DNA from: Octopus vulgaris
Lineage: Eukaryota
Length of the DNA: 64,000 nt
Assembly: GCA_951406725.2 (NCBI GenBank)
Contig: OX597814.1
Span: 55,056,001-55,120,000 of the forward strand
Direction of reading: 5' to 3'
Shown: piece after piece, positions 14,124 through 26,499 of the stretch
How positions within the stretch are numbered: position 1 is the stretch's first letter
Layout: each line of letters opens with the position of its first letter
Position numbers and translations under genes: made by a program
The notes under the pieces: generated by a model
Told to the model about the DNA's origin: nothing
What the model saw: the letters and a program-made list of their open reading frames with translations, nothing else
Databases searched by the model: none

Positions 14124-14124
<1 letters not shown>
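9956..14124 (+). mobile_element. Dong/R4-clade non-LTR retrotransposon, apparently full length, in (TAA)n
   Basis: Single long RT+RLE ORF, preceded by TAATAACAATAATAA and followed directly by (AAT)n from 14125. Dong elements are known TAA-repeat targeters. The 5' boundary is less certain. Confidence 0.88.
10091..13903 (+). CDS. Reverse transcriptase with C-terminal CCHC zinc knuckle and restriction-like (PD..D) endonuclease, R4/Dong clade, 1270 aa
   Basis: RT motifs WKSPGKD, NYRPITCL, WIDYKKAFDS, GIFQGDSLSPLLF, YMDD, YKYLG; CRVC..ETIDHVVSKC, RHD, RPDII..D..KYKDL endonuclease; no stops. Confidence 0.95.
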   Translation: MSGDKTINKKNTDEYRSASLKKRRYEQCLHVVNPKLTDPSPNIRMDARHASRSTNQTINRIGHCADYKRPRTRKLNQILIEKSVTGSNLPNTQELDEPHNRNIPTDGHPCSSPNNQKKKKEKWSREDNKEVLEAFYHAIYFPTDKSSTVQAYLNWRQKHPEVRPYIDSNKLANVRRNIIKKKLLTEVEIDQVRQAISDKMNEAAAREDNTEEMIIDQPRADKNEERIERVSISDRQSEIRPEPIINTKTDEHQIDKESHTNIDPTELHELKNQIMIEWLKIKETSMDERDTLPKIRNSNQNMKIIGKIRLALKDIISVNDVDITNLNHLYYASAKISTILCGVKIRKRQQSHKKPSWQERLQQQIKIFRSDIEYLKNLKAHKITKPTKTQKLLKKYNMKTILDIDATIETIKQKVSAKAARIARYEKRVRFFKDNNMFKNNTKNFYRKIGKTAFTAGSVPSKEEVQRFWNKIWAEEKTHNEKAPWIDRISTELDPLEEQKWEGVKVEDIRSALRRSSKWKSPGKDKIPNFWLNAFPESHELLTELYNDVLQHPSRMPPWLVNGLTFLLPKSEETNEPKNYRPITCLTTMYKTLTSVLTEYTYSFLTDSSIFPNEQKGCKRGSYGCKDQLLINKMILEDCHKRHKNLSIAWIDYKKAFDSLPHSWIRKCLEMYKIAPTLRNFLTVSMRSWRTTLTLNSDSESLNAGDVKISCGIFQGDSLSPLLFCLSLIPLSKLLNDAQYGYKMFDKNINHLVYMDDLKLFAKNDQQLKGLLAIVKQFSDDIRMQFGLEKCAKATFIKGKMTETSNVNLDQQNVIKELDPAESYKYLGIIEGNGIRHSEMKERIRRECYRRVRAILKTELNARNRIEAINALAIPVVTYSFNIVNWSITEICQLDRKIRKLLTMHRMHHPKADTERLYLPRKEGGRGLLQLAITMKIATIGLDTYLKNSEDWMLKLVSKHENKKASYSVTKQAKEYLSEFRIQPISEIDIQETSTEKARRMKTRAKTAALDILNNKWQEKPLYGKYPKRANNADIDKALTHQWLMASGLKSETEGFIIAAQDQCLPTRNYQANILKIRSSPTCRVCKQQNETIDHVVSKCSLLAPTEYLNRHDRAAQYIHWVICKNLDLPHEKSWWEHKPPPVLENDHISLLWNFTIQTDRKIDANRPDIILKNFKQRTCLLIDMTVPIDINVSVKTYQKLSKYKDLEIEISKMWKLKTKTIPVVIGALGMIAKGADSYLTQIPGNPKMAEVQKIVLMGTAHILRKILSM

Positions 14125-14193
<69 letters not shown>

Positions 14194-14215
14194 GATGATG
14201 ATGATGATATTAATA

Positions 14216-14253
<38 letters not shown>

Positions 14254-14274
14254 TACTATTATTATTATTATTAT

Positions 14275-14326
<52 letters not shown>
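14125..14326. repeat. Compound (AAT)/(GAT)/(TAT)/(TAG) microsatellite
   Basis: Direct reading. Confidence 0.95.
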
Positions 14327-14327
<1 letters not shown>

Positions 14328-14720
14328 AGGCGGCGAGCTGCAGAAACGTTAGCACGCCGGTCGAAATGCTTAGCGGTATTTTGCCTGCCGTTACGTTCTG
14401 AGTTCAAATTCCGCCGAAGTCGACTTTGCCTTTCATCCTTTTGGGGTCGATTAAATAAGTACCAGTTACGCACTGGGGTCGATATAATCGACTTAATCCG
14501 TTTGTCTGTCCTTGTTTGTCCTCTCTGTGTTAAGCCCCTTGTGGGTAGTAAAGAAATAGGTATTTGGGCTGTCGCTACGTTCTGAGTTCAAATTCCACCG
14601 ACTTTGCCTTTCATGCTTTAGGAGTCGATAAAGTACCAGTTAAATACTGGGGTCGATGTGATCGATTGTTTTCCTACCCACAAAAGTCCAGGCCTTGTGC
14701 CTATAATAGAAAGGATTATT
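14327..14720 (+). mobile_element. SINE family B, with a second partial copy
   Basis: GGCGGCGAGCTGCAGAAACGTTAGCACGCCGG head, GAGTTCAAATTCC, GCCTTTCATCCTTTTGGGGTCGAT central domain (resembles a Meta-type SINE domain); body repeated from about 14575. Confidence 0.85.
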
Positions 14721-14814
14721 ATTATTATATAGATATATGTAAATACATAACTAGATACACACACACACACAAATACATATATACATATATACATATACAC
14801 ATGCACGCAAGCAC

Positions 14815-14846
<32 letters not shown>

Positions 14847-15049
14847 TCATACATGTATGTAATTATATATGTATATATGAAAGTATGCAATGCGTAAAAA
14901 CCCTGTGTATTCTTTATTCAGCTTTCAATATGAACTCCTGACTGTCTATATTTTAAGAGTTGTGCTCAAATTGAAAACAAGTCCACTTTAGCGGCAAGGT
15001 GTGGTACTAGCCTGAAGAGTTACTACTGTGATATATTTAAACATGTGTA

Positions 15050-16253
15050 AATTTATGCAGATGTTTCGCATATAATTATTTATCTGTTATATGGTTTTGA
15101 AACCGTAACGAGCATTAAACTTGTGCTATATTGACTCCGCAGCTCCTTCCTTGGCATGGGAAATTTAATCGAAATATTCAATGTTGTCATGCTTTTATGA
15201 AAACTTCAAACTATTGAAACTAGCACACAAATAATCTAGAGATAAGTTTGAACCCGATGAACTGTTCGGAATGTTCACGAGAAGCGTTTCGGAGGACCAC
15301 GAACATCGACAACCCCAACAAACCAAGAAGGAGTGCTGGAAACTTATCACCAGTGTCCAAGAAAATCTATGCGGCAAGCGAGTCGTGAGATAGTATGTCA
15401 AAATCGTCTGTCCGACGTATTTTGAAACGTTGTCAACGGGAAAGTTACGTTCCAAGATTAGTCCATGCTATTAATGATGATGATCCAGACCGAAGAGTGC
15501 AGTATTGCGAGTGGTACTTAGCATGATGTGTACAAGATGCACACTTTCCAACAAAAATTGTGTGGAGTGATGAGGCCACATTCAAATGAAATGGTTCAAT
15601 TAACCGCCAAAATTGCACCTGCTGGGGACCTGAGAATCTGCATGTTATGGTGGAACACCATGTTAATTTACCAGGAGCTTCAGTGTGGTGTGGGTTATCA
15701 TCAAGAGGATTAATTGGACCATTCTTTTTTTGACGCTAGTGTGACTGGTCCCATTTAGTTAAACTTGCTGCAGCAGTTTATCATGCTAAGCATTAGGGAA
15801 GACTTTGAAGATGAGGAGTTTTGTTTTCAGCAGGATGGGGTACCTCCACACTACATCACGATGTTAGATCCTTCCTTGATGAGATCTTGCTCATCAGATG
15901 GATTGGACGAAGGGGTTTCGTTGGGTACCCTCCACGTTCACCAGACTTCACACCGCTAGACTTTTTTATGGCGATACCTAAAAGACAAAATCTACGCGAT
16001 GAAACCTGCAACAGTCGCTGATTTGAAAGTAACGATTGAACGGGAATGCACACAAATACCAAACGAATTGTTTCATGATGTTTGCGATTCCATTGCCTCG
16101 CGTTGTCAGCAGCGCCTGGACCAGAAAGGACGTCAGTTTGAAAACAGTTGTTGACAAGTCAATAAAATAATGCCTGTAGAAATTTTGAAAACGAAATAAT
16201 AAACACCTACTTTACAATTATTCAAAGTGTGTATACATTTATTGGGGACACCT

Positions 16254-16257
<4 letters not shown>
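15050..16257 (+). mobile_element. Decayed Tc1/mariner-superfamily transposon, DD41D-like
   Basis: WSDEATF, FQQDG.PPH and WIGRRG..YPPRSPDFTPLDFF across frameshifts, about 41 residues between the last two Asp; right end GGACACCTTG-TA. Confidence 0.85.
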
Positions 16258-16289
<32 letters not shown>

Positions 16290-16449
16290 AGTATGCATAC
16301 ATACGTACATACATACATACATATGTACATACACACATATATATATACATACATACATACATGTATACATACATACATACATACATACATACATACATAC
16401 ATACATACATACATACATACATACATACATACATACATACATACATACA
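16258..16449. repeat. (TA)n/(CATA)n microsatellite
   Basis: Direct reading. Confidence 0.95.
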
Positions 16450-16779
16450 TTCACATTCAACACCAGGAACTCTCTTAACTCAAAATGTATTGTTGCTTTG
16501 TCAGCAAGCGGCTTGAACTCTCTTCAGAGAAAAAGAACTTGAAAAAAAAAATCATGTTCATACATGGGGAAGTAGTAAGAATGTGTAAGAACAACCAATT
16601 GTTTACAATTATCTGGTGTATTTACTTCGGTTCAACTTACAAGTACAGTGACATATTGCGTAGAGACATAAAATCATACAGACAAAGAGAGAAAAGTAGT
16701 TTTAAAATCCTAACCAACAGCCCTTAAAATTTAGTTTACGCTGAAATATACTATTGCATCGAAATATATACTGCTTAAT

Positions 16780-17262
16780 GTTTGGTTAAGAAGCTCGTTT
16801 TGTAACTATGTGGTTCCAGATTCAGACCTAATGTGTGGTCCCTTGGACAGAGTGACTTCTGCTCTAGACCCAGGCCTACCAAAACTTGTCAATAGATTTG
16901 GTTGACAGAAACTGAAAGGAAATCGTCATACACGTGTGCGCGCGTGTATGTACATGCGTGTGTGTGCATGTGAATGTATACATGATGCATGTATGTATGT
17001 ATGTATGTATGTATGTATGTATGTATGTATGTATGTATGTATGTATGTATGTATGTATGTATGTATGCTTGTGTTTCTGTTTGTCCCATCCACCGCTTGA
17101 CAACGGGTGTTGGTTTATATACGTCATTGTAATCTAGCGGCTCGGCAAGATAGATCAATTGAATATGCCCCAGGTTTTGAAATAAGTAGTGGAGTCGATT
17201 CCTTCGACTGACACCCTTTAAGGGAGTGATCTAGCATGGCCGCAGCCCGATAACTTAAGCAA
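16780..17262 (+). mobile_element. SINE family A (degenerate, internal microsatellite)
   Basis: Head, body and tail similar to the 7795 and 38133 copies. Confidence 0.7.
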
Positions 17263-17288
17263 AAGCTAAAAAAGCTAGGTTTTATATT

Positions 17289-17319
<31 letters not shown>

Positions 17320-17360
17320 ATACATGTGTGTGTATGTGTGTATGTGTGTGTGTGTCCTCG

Positions 17361-18157
17361 AATGTTTTATTGTCCTGTATTGCGTTTTTGTTCCATTTTT
17401 ATATTTATATATACATATAGCGGCGTATGTACACACTTGTGCTCACCTTATAGTAGGTATGTATCTAAATTTTGTACGACTCTTACTCTAGCTTTTAGTC
17501 CCCCTCTTACTTTCTTCCATTTTTCTTTTTCTCTCCTTCTCTCTCACATTTCTTGGCCCTTTCTTTCTTTAACACCCACTATTTCCCACTCGTTTATCTC
17601 CCCTGTACCATTCTCTTCGTCTCTGATCTTTTTCTAATCTTTCAATCCCGCTGCCACTACCCATCTCTCCTCCTTCCACATGACCGGTGTCCGGCCAGCC
17701 ATGATCTTTCTTTCTTGGCCTGACTACCAACCGCCAACACCTCTTATGTCCATCTCCTATGTTCCTGCCTTTAGGATTTCACTTCATACACGCCAGCTCA
17801 ATTGGATTTGTTCTCAGTCGAAATACATCTGTTGTTATTGTTGTTTGTATTCGTAATTGTGTACCATATTCTCCGTTCTTTTTGTCTTTGTTGAGGTACA
17901 CATTCGCTATCCTTCTTACAAAGGGGTATAATGTTCTTAGTTTAGGCTTTGCGGGGGGGTGGGGGGGCAACCAGATAGAACCGTCTCAAGTGTAACTACT
18001 CGAAAGGATCGTGACTTCTCGTACTTGACTGAGGAAAGAAAGCTACGAATGACCCGTCTTCTTTTTGCCTGTCCTTTTAATTGTTGTTTCTCTTGTCCAC
18101 CATTATATCGTCTATCTGTCGGAATGTTTTATTGTCCTCTATTGCATTTTTGTTCCA
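17361..18157. mobile_element. Unclassified repeat bounded by ~36-bp direct repeats, possibly Penelope-derived
   Basis: AATGTTTTATTGTCCTGTATTGCGTTTTTGTTCCAT at 17361 and a near-identical copy at 18123; internal resemblance to 26500-27320. Confidence 0.45.
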
Positions 18158-18180
18158 TGTATATATATATATATATATAT

Positions 18181-18225
<45 letters not shown>

Positions 18226-18410
18226 CTGACAGACAGACGGACAGACAGACAGACGGACAGACAGACAAACAGAGAGCTACATATATATATACACACACCA
18301 CACACACCCACGCACACACGTATATATATGTGGGATAGATCAAAAGTCCGGACTAAAACATTTGACATTTTACTTATTTTTATGTTATTATTATCATTAT
18401 TATCATCATT

Positions 18411-18460
<50 letters not shown>

Positions 18461-18479
18461 TATTATTATTATTATTATT

Positions 18480-19162
18480 CACTAGTCTTATTTTTATCAC
18501 TTGCTTTTACTGCACTACCGAACGCAGCTGTGTGTGCCTTGGGTATGTGCTGTGGTTTGTTGTGATATTCTTATTTTTACTGTATTGAAATTGTTTTACG
18601 TAGGATGTGCGCAGTGCCTAGTAGTGCTATTTTTTATATGTTATATATACTTGTTAGTCCTGGTGTTTTTGTTATGTGTTTGTCTGAATATTTTTTATCA
18701 TACCTAATACGCCTACTTATGATAGGCGTATTAGGTATTTTTAGACTCCACATTCTATTTTTAGACTTCACATTCGAGTTACCTCTATTTCCAGATCTTT
18801 TTATTTTGAAAGTTTCTCCGTTTCTTTTAGAGAAACATTGTCATCTGTTGGTACATCGATTAGAAAGCATTTCTCTCTCTGTCATCATTATCTGGCCTAT
18901 TGGCCTTAATTTCTCTATATGTGTGTATTGGTATATCCCAGAGCATGGTTGCTTTCTCATTTTCTGTGACCTTTCCTGGCATGTGCATATACCATCTTTT
19001 GTATACAGGTCCCAACACCATTGTATCTGAATATATTCCTTCTTAGCTAGGACCGGACAGCCAGATACAATATGATTAATTGTTTCTTCTCCATCTCCAC
19101 ATATTCTGCAGTTACTTGTATTTCTTTTCATTACATGTTTTTGGTAATTTCTGGTGGTCCAA
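18480..19162 (-). mobile_element. 5'-truncated, decayed Dong/R4-like element
   Basis: CRICGDGEETINHIVSGC zinc knuckle and RLE remnants; the 3' end abuts a TAA repeat. Confidence 0.85.
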
Positions 19163-20771
19163 TATGTAAATGGAAAACGAGAAAGACTCATTAAGTCTTC
19201 TATTTCGCTTTTATTCAGTACATATACTAAGGTTTACGCTAGCGTATAAGTTTGAAAGCATTTTGATTGAGCAATTTTATTTTCTTTACTTGTACAACAA
19301 ATATTTTCGTTCAGGTGATGGCATTTAAGTATTTGATTTTCTCACAATGTTTTCGTTTCAAAGTGATAACCGACTAGGTACTTAAATATCAGTGTTGCTT
19401 GAATGTGGAACACTATTCCGATATCTCCTTCACTCACACACACACACAACCACAAAGCTGTATATTCAATTTCAAAGTGCCGCGTATTAAAGGAAATCGA
19501 AAGCTACATATTTCAACAAAGGCATGTCAATGTGTGTGTGTGTGTGCACGTGCGCGTGTGTATTAACATTGCCTATATTACATACTTAACATTCGTGTGT
19601 TGTTGAATGCCAGCAATTACGATTTTTTTTTGTCCGAGAAAATTCCTTTAAAAACGTATAGCGTTACAAAAAAAAACAGTATACGTTCAGAGCTTGGCGA
19701 AACGAAATTACGTCAGAAATTTATCACAAGAATGGAGGATACTCATTTTACTGTATTTGCAGCTTATCAATATCGCGCACTTGAACTACTTCCGAAACGA
19801 AATCGAAATTCCTAACCTGAAGTATATACAGATAGATTAAAATCTATTTACTGATTTGCAGTAGCGCTGCACAAGTAGATCACATTCTTATTATGCAATT
19901 GACGCAGCTCTATATTGTAGACATTTTCAATACGATATACTTGATGTACGTGTGCTAACACTATATGTCTTTAAAGTAATTTTTCCTGAACGATAACTTG
20001 CAACTTCTGGTGTTTAAACAACACACGTACAACGAATCTAAAACCTGTTTTAGTTTTGGTGCAAAATTTAACATAATAGAAATTTTATTTAATTTGTGGT
20101 AAGAATATAATGAAATAGTTTAGATGTGAGAAACGAAAAAGACATTTAGTACAAAAGTCAACAGATAAGTAAAAGATAACGCGAGGGATGGAAGTGGGGT
20201 GCAATAGAAAAGAATGCCAAGTGAATATAGATCCGTATTCGATTAAGTATATAAAAATAATTAGGGTTATGTCCTTGCCATAACGCTTAACGGATATAGT
20301 TTTCATTTGTGTTTAAAGCGATCAAACATGCCAGTGTGTCACCACTAATAATAGAGACTTCTTTGCTCCCATTTAATGAAATAACAAAGGTCCAAGAGCC
20401 TTGTCAGAAAATAGTAACCGTGTGTTACTAATTATCAATTTACGATCACTAACACAACACTAAAATGAGAGGCAAAGTTCCCCCTAACTCGGTTTCATAT
20501 ATGACATCAGACGTGTCATTTGCAATTGAAACATCAATAAGACAAAGAAAGATAATGATGGTCAATCTATCACCACCAAGATAATTGGTAATCACAGAAA
20601 TATTTTCCATAGACAAGATAGCAAATTAAGAATTATCCATTATCAACAGATCACAGCCTGTCTTAACCGAACTCAATCTTATACGTCGCCAACACACTGA
20701 ACACACTGCACATATGCCTCAGAACCATGGTTCTCTTTCTCTGCTTTCTCTTTCTCTCTCTCTCCTCCCCC

Positions 20772-20830
<59 letters not shown>

Positions 20831-21197
20831 ATCTATATTTATCTATGAGTCTCTCCCTCTGTCGCTGCTGCTCTCTCGCATATAATGGTGTTCTCTAGGA
20901 AAGAACCCGACATTCTAAACAACTAAAGTTCTGTTTCAAAGATATACCGAAAATATTTCTCGAAGATTTTGGTATCGAACCCTTCATAAGGTCTCGAACA
21001 ACTAAAAACCCAGCTCTCGGTGCCTCTTACTCTATCTAGGAATGGTGGTTTAACAGCACAAAGAACATTGAATCTCTGAGGATACCACCTCATATAGGAT
21101 ACAGTATATACATGGTACCGCTGTTAATAAGTGATGAAGCTCCTGACACATTGATGGAGCGTGCCACCAACACACACGCACACACACACGCACACAC

Positions 21198-21238
<41 letters not shown>

Positions 21239-22420
21239 CCTCTACAAAACGGGTCGCTACCAACTTTGGGTAATCTTCCGAACACTTCTCAAATAAAATG
21301 GTTTTGTAATATATATATATACATGCATAAACGCTCACTATGTATGTAGGTATGTATTCATACATGTATATATGCATGTTGTATGTATGAGTGAGACAGA
21401 TTTTCACCTACATGTTTATAGATATACGCGTAGTGTGTATCCGCAACTGTACTATGTGAGTATGCAGATATATACGTAGACATACACGCACTCATACATA
21501 CACGCATGTTGCGTTTAAAGGCAAATGTTTGTGTGTGAATGTATTTTTACGAACGATGTGTAAATGTTGGCAACACGTACCTGTATAGTTGTCTATCATA
21601 CTGAAATGAATCAGTCTGCAAAAGTTTACAAAATAGAAAAGGTCTTATATAAATTATTCATGTTCTTATATTTACGTATGCCAGTGATAGTTTATACATG
21701 TTTAACGTGTCATGTATTTCTATGCACACGTCATTCACGTTGTATTTCTACTTCATTATGCAGATTTTAAATCTGAAGAAAGAAAAAAAGTGAGACAGCT
21801 GTACGCATTCCTTTGATAGCTTTTACCCCGGATCCACAGCAAGGCTGCGGCAGCTGCTGTTTTGTATATCGTTGATGAGCAGGGAGTGGCAATCAGAAAG
21901 AAGAATGAAAAAAGAAAAAGAGGTGTCTATGAAGGCAGGAGAAAACAAATTGGATAACTCCAAGAATGGGCGCAAACTGAACTCTGCTTCTGAGATTATG
22001 TTTCAAAAATTTATCTGGCTCCAGGTGAGGCAGAAACTGTGTTAGAATTAAGGTGTTAACGATAGTAACAGGTAAGGATCGTAGCAGTTCATTCTATATT
22101 CTGCAGCGAAGCTTTTAAGTCAAGTGACATATCTAATCGTGACTAAATGGACTGGTAGCAAAATTTGTTGCTTGAACAGAAAACAAAAACTGCATAAGAT
22201 GCAAACTTTACAACCTGAAATACTATTTCGAATTATATCATCAGTAGAATATTTTAAAAAGATATAAGATGACTTAATATTTTTTTTTTAATTTGTTATT
22301 TGCTAGAGATGCATCTTTGATTGTCGTAAGCATTTTTAAATGTGTTTAAAATTTTTTCTTCTGTCATTCGTTAGGAATTTTTATAACTAATGAATATTAC
22401 ATGGGATTCATTGTAAAATC

Positions 22421-22590
22421 TCTTATATAAAATCCATTCTGTCTGTCTGTCTGTCTTCTCGGATCTTGGGCATCCTCCATCCGTTTGCGCTCAAATTTGA
22501 TATGTAGATACCGACGGTATCAGGGCGTGTATAAGTCTTGAAAAAATTACAAAAATCGATTCCAGGTGAGAATGCGATCGATAAAGCCGT
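22421..22590 (+). mobile_element. Non-autonomous Helitron-like 5' fragment
   Basis: TCTTATATAAAA start, (TGTC)n, then CATCCGTTTGCGCTCAAATTTG, typical of the 5' part of non-autonomous rolling-circle elements. Confidence 0.45.
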
Positions 22591-23659
22591 TTTTGTCCTG
22601 CTTTTCTTCAGTCAACCTAAACATAACTGCACCTTCCATTTTTTATTATTTTTGTACTGCTTAAAGGCACGTTTCTTTCCTGCCAAGCTTACTGTTTAAA
22701 CCATGTTTGTGTTCTCCCAGTCAACAGCCTTATCATTACTGGTACTTTAAACTCTTCGGTTGCATATTTGTGTGAATAACATCGTTTTTCTTTGGAATAG
22801 AAAAAAGTCTATCTTTATTTCTTCTTTTGCTTGTGTCTCAAATTTAGGTTAAATCAGTGTTTCTCAAAGGGGAGGCCTATGGGACGGCCGGACAAGACGG
22901 GGGGGGGGCCTTTTGCTCGTCAATGATAAAGGCAGTATTTCCAAGTAATAATTACTGGGGCCGATAGGATCAACAAAAAAGCTTTAAATGCGATCCTGAC
23001 GTATGGGCACTAACCACTAACTGAAACAAATAAAAGACCAAAAGAGTATGCGCTTTTTGTTGTATTTTTCTGAAGATAATCTGAATTATATTGAATTGAC
23101 TTTTCGACATTATAACTTTTAAAATAATTGGTTCAGTAAATTTTATGAGACATCAATTATTTTTATGATTTTTAACAACCTATTTCTATTCTCGAACCTG
23201 TTTTAAAAAAAGAGTCGTTTTGAATCAGTAATCACATTTATCACTTTATGTTGTATATTAACAAGAATATTTAAGTAATCTGCAAACACTTATCTTGCAA
23301 ATAACAGGTTTATGTCATAAAAATTATTCTGCAATGGTTGATGCAAAAAATACATTGCTTTACCTGGTTTTGGGTTTTGCTTCCTTTTACGATTAATTAT
23401 TTCATATCAATTTTCACTGCGAGACGAAGTGTGTTTCTCATACGTAACATACACATAAATTGTACCTTATTCTTCGTCCTCTCTCTCTCTCTCTCTCTTT
23501 CTCTCTATCTCTCTCTCTCTCTCACTCCCTTCGCTCTCCTACTCTCTCCCCTCTTTCTCGATATTTGCCCCTTCTTGCGTCCATATTGTATTTTTATTGC
23601 TGTATATTACACTTTAATTTTGCAAAGACAAAATTCCTGTATTAAGTTCATTAATATAT

Positions 23660-24740
23660 ACTGAGGTGAGGAACGACATCGGTGAAGTAATTTTTATTGC
23701 AGTTATGCAGAAATAGGACAAGAAGTTGTTTCTTGAATTTATTGATTTAGCTTACATATAGAAAGCTTCCCACTGACTCAATGAGTCCTGACTCTTTCAG
23801 GATGAGTTAGCTTTGGGTTTTGTAATTTAGTAACGTAAATTTAAGGTTCTGGCATGTTTCTATCATACTACGCACAAGAACGAACGTTATCGCTCCTTCA
23901 ACATTTCTCTACTTGCGCAAAACAACAGGGGATTCTAGTTATCAGGTTGACAACTCCTGTGAAATAACTTGTCTTAAAGTAACACTGAAAGAGTCAGGAG
24001 TGGCAGAATGGCTGGTTAGCACAGTGGTATCAATATATTAGAGAGTGTGCATTATCGTAAAGATGGAGAACGTGAACAATGATGAGTTTCAAGTGAAGGT
24101 GGAGTGTATCAATAGTCAGTATTGAGCCTACTATTATTTTCTGATGTGATAGTGATGCTGACCCTGATCATAAAAAGGAAGGCTTAACATAAAGACCCCC
24201 TTCAGTCATGAATGACTATGGGATTGCACCTAGAAAATTTCCCTCCAAGGCACAAGTTCGAGCAAGGTTGCTTATGGAAAACCAGGAGTTACCCATACAT
24301 GTCAGCCTCCCCTTTCCACGCCACTGATGTTGTCCAAGGAAATGGCAATGGTTGATACAGATTGGTACCAGTGACGTCGCAACTTATTACAACAGCCGAG
24401 TGAACTGGGACAACGTGAAATAAAGTGTTTTGGTCAAGAACACAACAAGCAGCCCGGTCCAGGAATCTGATTGTGAGCCCGATGCTCTAACCACTGAGCC
24501 ATGTGTCTCCATCGGAGGAGTTGCAAACTAGTGTTAATGCAGATAGTATGAATGGAGTGAAGAAGATAGATCGGTAGAAGAATGTATTGATGAAAAAGTG
24601 AATACTAGAACGAGTAAAATAGCAGTAAATGGTAAATCATGTGTTGGAACGGAAAGAACATGGAAGTCATGGAGAGTGTGCAGGAAGAGTGTTGCAATTA
24701 GCTCCATTAAATGTACAATTTGGCCACTTCATCGAAAATG
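23660..24740 (+). pseudogene. Highly decayed RTE-like reverse transcriptase relic, interrupted twice
   Basis: Remnants KKLFLEFIDL..., LKESGVAEWLVSTVVSIY and DEFQVKV..SVLSLLLF. Confidence 0.6.
24192..24510 (-). mobile_element. tRNA-derived SINE (third family)
   Basis: Reverse strand reads GGAGACACATGGCTCAGTGGTTAGAGCATCGGGCTCACAATC (A box) followed by a CORE-like body. Confidence 0.7.
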
Positions 24741-25822
24741 TGATGGCTAGAGAAGGTTAACCTAATGTGACAGTTAAATTTCTTTTTTTCGAAACAAAAG
24801 CATTTTATTGAGATCTTCTCTGCGATATTTTTTAGTTTCGTTTAATTGATTGAAATTTTTACTATTCGAGTTCCATATGATTTGTTATAGTGGCAACATG
24901 AGAGCACATTTATTTATAGTTTGTTTGTATATCATACATCATGTTTTAATGCTGTGTTATATCTTATTTTCCTTAAGACATTTTAATTTATTTTCCAGAC
25001 TTTTTGTTTTGACTTTTTATCAAATTTAGCTTATTATCACCATCATCTGTTGTGTGATATATTTTCATTGCGTGCAAGCCAAGTCTTGCCCGGAATAAAT
25101 TTAGAATGAATATTCTTTATTCTCAAGCAACAATTCATTTGGGTATATTTCCTTTTTCTATTAAATTACTTTATGGTAAATTTTTAGACCGTTGTTCTAT
25201 TACTAGTTCAATTACATGCTTCTAAAAATTGGCTTATAGTTTCACTGTCATTCTCAACCGTTCATGAAACTAGTACGAGATTTACTCGTATTTGGTGGTG
25301 GAGAAACCAAGTTTAAGATTAAATTGAATATTTGTTTCATTGATTTTACTACCTGACTGATACTCTTCAAGGTAAGAGAATGGGGATGAGAGAGAGAGAG
25401 AGAGAGATAGGAGAGAGAGAGATGGGAGAGAGAGAGAGAGAGAGCAATAATTCCTTATCCATATCACTTCTAATTCACTAGGTTTTGTGCTCCAGGTCTC
25501 CTTCCATATGAGACTTACGTTTTACACCTGACAACATCTAATGAGCATGTCTTCAAGGTTTTCCACTCATGTGTACCGATAACTAAGCGATGTTACTTTA
25601 AGACAAGTTATTTCACAGGAGTTATCAAGCTGATAATTAGAATCCCCTGTTGTTTTGCGCAAGGAAAGAAATGTTCGGGGAGTGATAAAGTTCCTTCTTG
25701 TGCATAGTGTGATAGAAACATGTCAAAGCCTTAAATTTGCTACAAAACCCAAAGCTAACTCATCCTTAAACACTGAAGGTAGTTACGTACACGCGCGCGC
25801 GCACAAATACAATCAGGCGCAT

Positions 25823-25858
<36 letters not shown>

Positions 25859-26101
25859 TACACATGCGTATGAGGCACCAAGGAAGCTATATGGTCATGC
25901 ACAAACACTTAGCTGTTAGTGCATTGCGTCTTATGGTTGAAACAGCTGAAAGCTAATGAATGTTATTACGTAAGTCCTGTTCCCTTGTCGTATATTTAAT
26001 TTTGTATTAAACTCTGTACTCGCCTAACACCTTATTCTGAAGCTTACCCTTATTGAGTTCTAAAACCATTTTATTATCGCTCTGTCTAAGAGAAATCTTA
26101 A

Positions 26102-26141
<40 letters not shown>

Positions 26142-26499
26142 CTCTCACCTTCTACTCATTTCAGTCATTAGACTGCTGCCATGCTGGGGCACCGCCTTGA
26201 ATTTTAAGTCGAAAGAATTGACACCAACACTTTGTTTTTAAGCCTGGTACTTATTCTATCGGTTTTTTTTTGCCGGACAGTTTCGTTCCGGGGACACAGG
26301 CACACCAACACCGGTTGTCAATCGGTGTCAGGGTGGAACAAACACAAGCACAAAGACACACACACGCATATATATAAACCAGCTTAGAGAAGAAGAAACG
26401 AAACGAAACGAATCGAATCGACGCGAGGGCGCTCAGTCATACAATAGTGTAATAAATAAAATATATGCATACATACAAACATATATGTACGTACCTACA

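Noticed and set aside
21840-22080. Possible Harbinger-like transposase remnant, or an exon with GTGAGG/GTAAGG donors
   Set aside because: Too degenerate; no continuous frame or diagnostic motif.
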